From IMG/VR virus record IMGVR_UViG_3300008450_000005, positions 32,001 through 96,000 of that record: DNA of 64,000 nt. One strand, written 5' to 3'. The notes below the pieces were generated by a model. The model did not search any database. It worked only from the letters and a program-made list of their open reading frames with translations, and was not told the DNA's origin. Position 1 is the first letter of the stretch. Every line of letters begins with the position of its first letter. The translations under genes were made by a program, and so were the position numbers. This document shows, piece after piece, positions 57,669 through 64,000 of the stretch. The stretch comes from a virus.

Positions 57669-60089
57669 ATGTTTTTGAAAATTATCAAAAGAAACGGAGA
57701 AGAGACATCATTCAACCCACAAAAAATTTATACTAGAATTAAGAGATCGTCGAAAGGATTATCTGTTAACCCAGACGAGATTTTTATCGCCGTCATCACC
57801 TCGGTTCCGACAGAGGGTGAGATCACCACAAAGCAATTGGATAAATTGATTGCCGACATTTCAGCCTCGTACACTGGTACACACCATGACTATTCGAGAT
57901 TAGCGGCACAAACATCGATTTCTTCATTCCACAAAGAAACACTTCCTAGTTTTTCTGAGACTATGAAAGTCCTCTTTGAAGAAGGTATCATTAATGCTAC
58001 CTTCCACGAAAGAATTCAAAGCTATGGACCGGAAAAAATCGATGCTTTGGTAAACCACGAGAACGATTTCAATTTTGATTACTTTGCATGGAGATCTCTG
58101 TACGAGATGTACCTGCTAAAGAAATCTAATGGGCAAGTTTTCGAAAGACCCCAGCACATGTATATGAGAGTTGCTCTTTGGGTTACAGATTCCTTTGAGA
58201 GCGCAGCGGATTATTACAATTCATTATCTAATCAGCTCATCTCACCTGCGACTCCTATTATGATCAACTCAGGAACAAAGATTCCTCAGCTTTCATCTTG
58301 TGTTCTCCATTATAATGATGGCGATTCACGTGAAGGTTTGTTGAACACAATGAGAGACATTTCAACCTATTCATCTGACGCAGCTGGAATTGGTCTTTGC
58401 ATGTCGAACATTCGAAGCAAAGAAAGCAGAATCGCTGGTTCGGGAGGTTATGCAGGAGGTCTTTTGAAGTATCTAAAGATCGTCAACGAATCACTGAGAT
58501 TCTTCAATCAGCAGGGTAGAAGACCTGGCTCGGCTGCGATTTACATCGAGCCTTGGCACAAGGATATTTTCGACCTTCTTGAGATCAAGAAAAATACCGG
58601 TGCTGATGAATTGAGAGCACGTGATCTGTTCACCGCATTATGGATTCCTGATAACTTCATGGAAGCTGTTAAGGACGGTGGGGATTGGTACCTATTCTGT
58701 CCTAACGATATTCTAAAGGCTGGTATCAAGCCACTTCAGGAATGCTACGGTTCAGAATACGAATCCAACTACAACAAGGCTGTTGAAATGGGATTGGGTA
58801 AAAAAGTGAAAGCTCAGGACGTTTGGTTCAAGATCATCGAATCTCAGGTAGAAACAGGAGTTCCTTACTTGGCATCAAAAGATAGTGCCAACAGGAAAAC
58901 CAACCACCAAAACATCGGTGTTATCCGTCAATCCAATCTTTGCATCGAAATCTTCCAAGCAACTGATGAAAAAACCACAGCCATCTGCACACTTTCATCT
59001 TTAGTTCTGAAGAATTTTGTAGATAAAACCAGAGGGTCTTTCAACTTAACAAAATTGTTTGAAGAAACCAGAAAGATCGTCAGAGCTCTTAATATTGTAA
59101 TCGATGTAAACTCCTATTCAACCAAGAAAGGTGAGAAAGGAGGATTTGAACAAAGAGCTATTGGAATTGGTACTCAAGGTCTAGCTGATGTATTCTTCCT
59201 CATGGATGTAATCTTTGATTCAGAAGAGGCAAAAAGTTTGAACAAGAATATCTTTGAAACGATCTATTATGCTGCTCTTTTCGAATCTAACGAATTGGTT
59301 AAGGGTGGCAAATACAAACCATATGATTACTTCAAAGGATCACCTGTTTCCGAAGGCGTATTCCAGTTCAACATGTGGGGATTGAGTAGTTCAGATCTTT
59401 GCGGCCTGTGGGATTGGGAAAGCTTGAAAAATGATATTGCAGAATACGGAATTTGTAATAGCTTGGTAACTGCCCAGATGCCCGTCGCATCTTCTGCTAA
59501 GGTTACAGGATCTTTCGAAATGACTGAACCAGCACACTCAGCTCTTTTTAACCGAAGAGTGGTTGGCGGTGAAATCATGATAGTGAATAAATATCTGATT
59601 CAGGATTTTGAAAAGATCGGAATATGGTGCGAGGATCTGAAAAACGAGATTATCATGAATGATGGATCGGTCCAAAATATCAATTTCAACAATTACCTGG
59701 ATTCGGAGGATAAGAACTACAACAAAAGAGTTCAAAGAATAGAATTCTTGATTCAGAAGTACAGAACCATTTGGGAAATACCTCAGAGATCTTTGATCGA
59801 TATGGCAGCCGACCGTGCACCTTTCATAGACCAATCACAGTCGATGAACCTGTACATGGCAAATCCAAGTGTTTCGAAGATATCTTCCGCTCACTTCTAT
59901 TCATGGAGCAAGGGACTGAAAACTCTCTCCTATTACATCAGAACCAAAGCTATCTCAACAGGAGCTAAGCATTTGGCGATGGATATCGAGAAGAAAGAAA
60001 AACCCAAAGCGATTGAGAGCAAGCCCGAAATAGTGCAAAACTCCAGACCGGAGAATAGCGATTTCGAATGCTTCGGTTGCTCTGCTTAA
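57669..60089 (+). CDS. nrdA: Class Ia ribonucleotide reductase alpha subunit with an ATP cone
   Basis: KRNG ATP cone, SPATP, LSSC, SNLCIEI, AICTLSS, MPVASS, DQSQSMN, GLKTLSYY and C-terminal CFGC. Confidence 0.97.
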   Translation: MFLKIIKRNGEETSFNPQKIYTRIKRSSKGLSVNPDEIFIAVITSVPTEGEITTKQLDKLIADISASYTGTHHDYSRLAAQTSISSFHKETLPSFSETMKVLFEEGIINATFHERIQSYGPEKIDALVNHENDFNFDYFAWRSLYEMYLLKKSNGQVFERPQHMYMRVALWVTDSFESAADYYNSLSNQLISPATPIMINSGTKIPQLSSCVLHYNDGDSREGLLNTMRDISTYSSDAAGIGLCMSNIRSKESRIAGSGGYAGGLLKYLKIVNESLRFFNQQGRRPGSAAIYIEPWHKDIFDLLEIKKNTGADELRARDLFTALWIPDNFMEAVKDGGDWYLFCPNDILKAGIKPLQECYGSEYESNYNKAVEMGLGKKVKAQDVWFKIIESQVETGVPYLASKDSANRKTNHQNIGVIRQSNLCIEIFQATDEKTTAICTLSSLVLKNFVDKTRGSFNLTKLFEETRKIVRALNIVIDVNSYSTKKGEKGGFEQRAIGIGTQGLADVFFLMDVIFDSEEAKSLNKNIFETIYYAALFESNELVKGGKYKPYDYFKGSPVSEGVFQFNMWGLSSSDLCGLWDWESLKNDIAEYGICNSLVTAQMPVASSAKVTGSFEMTEPAHSALFNRRVVGGEIMIVNKYLIQDFEKIGIWCEDLKNEIIMNDGSVQNINFNNYLDSEDKNYNKRVQRIEFLIQKYRTIWEIPQRSLIDMAADRAPFIDQSQSMNLYMANPSVSKISSAHFYSWSKGLKTLSYYIRTKAISTGAKHLAMDIEKKEKPKAIESKPEIVQNSRPENSDFECFGCSA

Positions 60090-60096
60090 AATACAC

Positions 60097-60128
60097 AAAT
60101 CCCCCTTCTTTTCAGGAGGGGGATTTTT
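60097..60128 (+). terminator. Intrinsic terminator after nrdA
   Basis: aaatcccccttc...ggagggggattttt. Confidence 0.85.
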
Positions 60129-60131
60129 GTG

Positions 60132-60139
60132 GATATATA
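60132..60139 (+). promoter_or_regulatory. GATATATA putative late promoter
   Basis: Directly after the terminator, 8 nt before the ATG at 60148. Confidence 0.7.
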
Positions 60140-60147
60140 GATTGGAT

Positions 60148-60783
60148 ATGAAAAATATATTGGACTTTTCATCATTTCTTTTTGAGAGAGAATTACCTGA
60201 TTCACAGGGAAAAATTATAGTGATTTTAGGCCCTCCAGGATCTGGTAAAGGAACAGTCACAAAAATTCTGAAAAACGATTACGAATTTCAGGAGGTCAAA
60301 GTGAAAGAGCTGATGACCAGCGATCCTACGAAAGCTTCCAAAGACAACGTGGTAACAGAAAGAGGAATGATGGATCTTTTGAAAGAGAGAATCAAATCAT
60401 TGGATCTTAGCAAAAATATAGTTTTTGACGGATTTCCTAGAACCAGAAAGCAATCGGTTATTCTGGATAAGGTTTTGGGGGAAATGGGGATAGGCTTAAA
60501 TCATGCAGTTTTCCTTGATATAGAAAAAGACGTTGCTGTGAATCGTCTAAGAAAGAAAGCTGAGAAAGATGGAAAGAAATTTGATTCCGCAGCTGTAGAA
60601 GAAAAATTCCAAGATTACGAAGTTCGTACCCTTCCGGTAATAGACCAATATAAGAAGAGCAGGAAAATGATCGAGATTAAAGATCTCGGTGATGCTGAAA
60701 AGGTTTCCGAAAAGATTGTCAAAAGACTGAAGATCAAAAAGATCGCAAGCGAAAAACCGGAAGCCGAAAACAAGAAGGCCTAA
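60148..60783 (+). CDS. Adenylate kinase-like protein (degenerate) with a capsid-targeting-like leader
   Basis: GPPGSGKGT, FDGFPRT..Q and Y...T.PV...Y motifs; leader MKNILDFSSFLFE. Confidence 0.8.
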   Translation: MKNILDFSSFLFERELPDSQGKIIVILGPPGSGKGTVTKILKNDYEFQEVKVKELMTSDPTKASKDNVVTERGMMDLLKERIKSLDLSKNIVFDGFPRTRKQSVILDKVLGEMGIGLNHAVFLDIEKDVAVNRLRKKAEKDGKKFDSAAVEEKFQDYEVRTLPVIDQYKKSRKMIEIKDLGDAEKVSEKIVKRLKIKKIASEKPEAENKKA

Positions 60784-60851
60784 ACTTTTCTGAGTACACA
60801 CGAAAACATTTCTAATTTGTTCGGTATAATCTGTGTTTCAATACATTCTAT

Positions 60852-62078
60852 ATGTCTTTAGCACCCAACCAAACAGATTCAATCGTTATCACGGAACACG
60901 TCGTTCCGACAAACAGTTCAAAACAAGAAATCGAACTTTGCTTAGTGATGATAGTAAAGGACGAAGAAGACAGCATTGAAAAATGCTTGAAGTCAGTTGC
61001 TCCTTACATTTCATACTGGGTGATTGTTGATACAGGATCTTCCGATGATACGCTCAACGTAATCAAGAAGGTAACTGAAGAATTGGGCATCCCTGGCGAA
61101 TTGCACGAAAGACCATGGGTAAATTTCGAAGTAAATAGAACTGAATCGCTGGAACTTGCAAAAGGCAAGTGCGATTTCAGATGGATCATCGATGCGGATG
61201 ATGAATTTATAGTGGAGGATGGCGTTAAAAATCCTTTTGCTGGATTAAGTGGAGAAGGTATTGACTGCTTCCAGTTGAAGTACAAATTGAGCGGACTCCA
61301 ATATTACCGAGCACAGATCGTTGAATCCGGTCAGGAATGGTGCTACAAAGGTGTTTTACATGAATATTTGCATTCCGACAAGGAACAGCAGAATCATGCT
61401 CAGGTCAAAGGATGCTACGTTAAGGCTGATATCTCCCCGCTCAAAAGAGCTTCTTCTGTCGAGGAAAAATATGCAAATGACGCAAAAATTCTCGAGAAAG
61501 CTTTAGATGCAGAGCCTGAAAATCACAGATACATGTTCTATCTTGCTCAAAGCTACCGCGATTCACAGCAAGACGATAAAGCTTACGCTGCTTACAAAAA
61601 AAGAGCAGAGGCTGGAGGATGGGAAGAGGAAGTTTATTATTCACTTTATATGATGGCCAAGATTAAAGAAAAATTGAAGGCATCATCTGATGATATTATT
61701 ACGCATTATTCAAAAGCATGGGAATATAGACCGCAAAGATTAGAGGCTGCATTTCATACGATGCGAAAGCTGCGTGAGCAAAAAAGATTTGTCCTAGCAT
61801 TTGCATACGGAAACGTTGCTACGAAGAGCCCAGGATGCTCCGATATCTTGTTCGTAGAGCCTGAAATGTGGCAATGGAGACTTCTTGATGAATATGCTCT
61901 AGCTGCATATTACACAGGAAATCCAGAGATTTCGATTGAGAAAACCACAGCTATAGTTGAGTCGGATTTTTTCAAAACTCTGAACCCTAAGGAGCAAGAA
62001 AGACTCACCAGAAATTTAGATCTTTATAAAAGAGGTTTTGATGCGAAAAAAAGTAAGGTAGGATCATTGAAAAGTTAA
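60852..62078 (+). CDS. GT2 glycosyltransferase with C-terminal TPRs
   Basis: LCLVMIVKDEE..I.KCL.SV, IVDTGS.D.T, DxD motif IDADD, Y.G.LHE, and TPRs RYMFYLAQSY / AWE.RP.RLEA. Confidence 0.9.
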   Translation: MSLAPNQTDSIVITEHVVPTNSSKQEIELCLVMIVKDEEDSIEKCLKSVAPYISYWVIVDTGSSDDTLNVIKKVTEELGIPGELHERPWVNFEVNRTESLELAKGKCDFRWIIDADDEFIVEDGVKNPFAGLSGEGIDCFQLKYKLSGLQYYRAQIVESGQEWCYKGVLHEYLHSDKEQQNHAQVKGCYVKADISPLKRASSVEEKYANDAKILEKALDAEPENHRYMFYLAQSYRDSQQDDKAYAAYKKRAEAGGWEEEVYYSLYMMAKIKEKLKASSDDIITHYSKAWEYRPQRLEAAFHTMRKLREQKRFVLAFAYGNVATKSPGCSDILFVEPEMWQWRLLDEYALAAYYTGNPEISIEKTTAIVESDFFKTLNPKEQERLTRNLDLYKRGFDAKKSKVGSLKS

Positions 62079-62096
62079 ACATTTTTATTATATTTG
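62067..62096 (+). promoter_or_regulatory. Bacteroidota-type primary-sigma promoter (-33/-7)
   Basis: TTG (62067-69), a 19-nt spacer, then TATATTTG (62089-96); matches TTG-N19-TAnnTTTG. Confidence 0.55.
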
Positions 62097-62124
62097 CTTT
62101 TCTCTCGTTTAATTTTTAAACGAA

Positions 62125-62132
62125 GATATATA
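62125..62132 (+). promoter_or_regulatory. GATATATA putative late promoter
   Basis: Intergenic, upstream of 62172. Confidence 0.7.
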
Positions 62133-62171
62133 AAGATAGAAAAACCTAAGCTAATCTAAAATATAAAGAGA

Positions 62172-62696
62172 ATGAGACACTTAACCCTTTACGAAAATTT
62201 TTCTGTCAAAGAGGTATTCGAAGCCGCTATTCCAGTTTACAATGAATTGGAAGTGTCAGCATCGGGTGCTGCTGAGCCAGATTTCACCGCCAAGTATTCT
62301 GAACTGATCGACATCATCGAAGAATTCTTGGAAAGAAAGAAAGCCGGAGAGATCGAAGAGATCACCGTTGTTGCTGATGTCCCCACACAGGGAAAAGGTG
62401 CACCTGACTACGTTCAGGACATCATCAGAAAAGAAAGAGAAAGAATTGCTACACAAATGCGTTCACAGGGCTACGATCCTGAAGAAGACGACATCGACAT
62501 CGACCGTTTCGGCGATAAGAGAAATATCTTCTTCGATTCAGAATTCGTAGTTGATTCAGTTGAAAAAGATGCTGATGGAAAAGGTGGAAAAATTATTGCA
62601 ATTCCATATTCTTTCTACAAAAAAGGTGACTACACCAAGAAAGCTCACATCGATCCATTGAAAATAGACGAGGTATTCTACAAGCCAAAAGCTTAA
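62172..62696 (+). CDS. Acidic hypothetical protein with a capsid-targeting-like leader
   Basis: MRHLTLYENFSVKEVFE. Confidence 0.7.
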   Translation: MRHLTLYENFSVKEVFEAAIPVYNELEVSASGAAEPDFTAKYSELIDIIEEFLERKKAGEIEEITVVADVPTQGKGAPDYVQDIIRKERERIATQMRSQGYDPEEDDIDIDRFGDKRNIFFDSEFVVDSVEKDADGKGGKIIAIPYSFYKKGDYTKKAHIDPLKIDEVFYKPKA

Positions 62697-62719
62697 TACC
62701 TTATAACTTCATTATTTTT

Positions 62720-62742
62720 AAAAGGCCGGCAACGGCCTTTTT
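62720..62742 (+). terminator. Intrinsic terminator
   Basis: aaaaggccg-gcaa-cggcc-T5 with a GNRA loop. Confidence 0.85.
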
Positions 62743-62782
62743 CTTTGAAATAAAATCGTGATATCACAATAAAATATTTGGA

Positions 62783-64000
62783 ATGAAGAAAGCATCGAAA
62801 GAAATTAAAGTTTTATCAGATTTTGAACACATCGTTACCAGACCCACCTTATATGTTGGATCGGTGAAAATCAGCGAGGAAACTATTCCTATACTGAAAG
62901 GATCCCGGATACATCTTGAGGATAGAAAAGTCTCGGTTGGGATGTACAAATTATTCGATGAGATTTTTTCGAACTGCGTGGATGAGGCCAAGAGAATGAC
63001 TAAGCAGATGAAATCTATTGATGTGTCTGTGAATTCAGCAACTAACATGATTGAAATCTGTGATTCTGGCGACGGCTTTCAGAATGGATCAGCGATTAAT
63101 TCAAAGAGCGGGATGAGCAACGTTGCTACCGCTGTATCGATGTTGAGAGCAGGATCAAATTTTGATAATGACGGTATTGAAGAAACATTGATCGGTACAA
63201 ATGGACTTGGTGTTTCGTTGGTGAATGCGTTGAGCGAGACATTCAAAATCTGCACTAGCAATTCATCCGAAACGTATGAGCAGGAATGGAAACGATTTGA
63301 ATCCACCCAACCTAAGATTAAGAAGAGAAAAAATTCTTCCACCGGGACAGCAGTTTCGTTCGTTCCCAGATCGGATGTATTTGATAACTGCTCTTGGGAG
63401 AAGGAGATTATTTACACAACTCTCGTTCTGAAGAAAAGAGTTTTACAGAGTGATCCTAAGACTTCCAAGATCAAAATAAATTTCACATGGGATGGCGATC
63501 CAATTGAAATAGATACAAACCTTCCCGATTACATAGCTTATCCTCACGAGCTTGGCGAATTATTGCTAGCAAAGTCTTTCGAAGGTTCTGGCACAATCTC
63601 CTTCGTAAATTCGGCGATCTGTACCGGTGTCCATATTAAGATCGTGCAGGATCAAATCAATAGAGTATTGGATGATTCTTTAGGACACCACTTTTATGAT
63701 ATGATTCTTATTCTTAACCTGCCACCGATTATGGTTAGATTTGGTGATCAGAATAAGACAAAATTTGTCACTAAAAGGGAAGAGATTGAAACCACCATCT
63801 TGCACTCGCTCGGAAACAAGCTTTCCCAATTCTACAAGACCCCTCTGTTTAAAGAAATAAAACAAGAGGTAGATCAGAGAAAAAAATCGGAGGAGATAAA
63901 GAAGATTAGGAAGGAAAGGAAGAATATCAATGTGAAATTTTCGCATAAGTATTTTCCTGCCTCGACAAAATCACCAGAAAATCTTTTTATCGTAGAAGGC
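62783..64000 (+). CDS. Type IIA topoisomerase ATPase subunit (gp39/GyrB-like), 3'-truncated; absent from the ORF track
   Basis: MKKASKEIKVLSDFEHIVTRPTLYVGS...KLFDEIFSNCVDE...DSGDG...AGSNFD...GTNGLGVSLVNALS; reaches the TOPRIM motif LFIVEG at the window end. Confidence 0.93.
   Translation, partial: MKKASKEIKVLSDFEHIVTRPTLYVGSVKISEETIPILKGSRIHLEDRKVSVGMYKLFDEIFSNCVDEAKRMTKQMKSIDVSVNSATNMIEICDSGDGFQNGSAINSKSGMSNVATAVSMLRAGSNFDNDGIEETLIGTNGLGVSLVNALSETFKICTSNSSETYEQEWKRFESTQPKIKKRKNSSTGTAVSFVPRSDVFDNCSWEKEIIYTTLVLKKRVLQSDPKTSKIKINFTWDGDPIEIDTNLPDYIAYPHELGELLLAKSFEGSGTISFVNSAICTGVHIKIVQDQINRVLDDSLGHHFYDMILILNLPPIMVRFGDQNKTKFVTKREEIETTILHSLGNKLSQFYKTPLFKEIKQEVDQRKKSEEIKKIRKERKNINVKFSHKYFPASTKSPENLFIVEG

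Noticed and set aside
42064-60089. Inteins or introns in uvsW, polB, nrdA or nrdB
   Set aside because: Motifs are contiguous and spacing is ordinary; no splice motifs or homing endonuclease seen.
51330-60783. Bacterial chromosome or eukaryotic giant-virus origin suggested by dnaK, ferritin, the MBD4-like gene and RNR
   Set aside because: These genes are interleaved with gp32, gp61, UvsW and baseplate genes and share the same phage promoter motif and intrinsic terminators.
62703-62715. ATAACTTC resembling a loxP half-site
   Set aside because: Only 8 bp match, with no inverted partner and no recombinase nearby.
62764-63946. Minus-strand ORFs at the window end and other short antisense or nested ORFs
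   Set aside because: They are shadows of well-supported plus-strand genes (here the topoisomerase) and have no recognisable motifs.
1-64000. Stop-codon reassignment (code 15 or 4), as seen in some large phages
   Set aside because: Genes are full length under code 11, and TAG (33009, 47576, 48380, 56079), TGA and TAA all end genes at sensible boundaries.
1-64000. CRISPR arrays, tRNAs, rRNA, IS elements or DGR template repeats
   Set aside because: I saw no spaced direct repeats, cloverleafs, transposase or reverse transcriptase, and intergenic gaps are short. This was checked by eye only.

Overview
A 64-kb segment of a large, AT-rich T4-superfamily (myovirus-type, probably jumbo) phage genome that uses the standard genetic code. 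A Bacteroidota host is likely, based on an Hc1-like histone H1 protein, a DUF4494-like ORF, a TTG-N19-TAnnTTTG promoter, A-rich leaders without Shine-Dalgarno sequences, and Reg_prop propellers. Bases 1-38.5 kb hold an S1-domain protein, an amidoligase-like protein, neck, baseplate and tail-fibre genes, and an inverted phoH. Bases 38.5-64 kb hold replication/recombination genes (RuvC-like resolvase, gp32, primase, UvsY, UvsW, a split PolB N-terminal half, type II topoisomerase), nucleotide metabolism genes (dUTPase, nrdB, nrdA, Adk-like) and host-like genes (dnaK, ferritin, MBD4-like glycosylase, GT2-TPR glycosyltransferase). Three patterns stand out. (1) A G-x-T-G tetrapeptide is scattered about 75-80 times through the virion proteins and is nearly absent elsewhere; together with a GT2-TPR glycosyltransferase, this is a candidate virion-wide O-glycosylation system. 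(2) Three divergent fibre paralogues each carry exactly 11 Gly-X-Y triplets in the same register, a candidate heterotrimeric collagen. (3) Cassettes of terminator, GATATATA promoter and T4 capsid-targeting-like leader appear to tag ferritin, a degenerate Adk and several hypothetical proteins for head packaging. All assignments come from reading motifs by eye; no searches were run.
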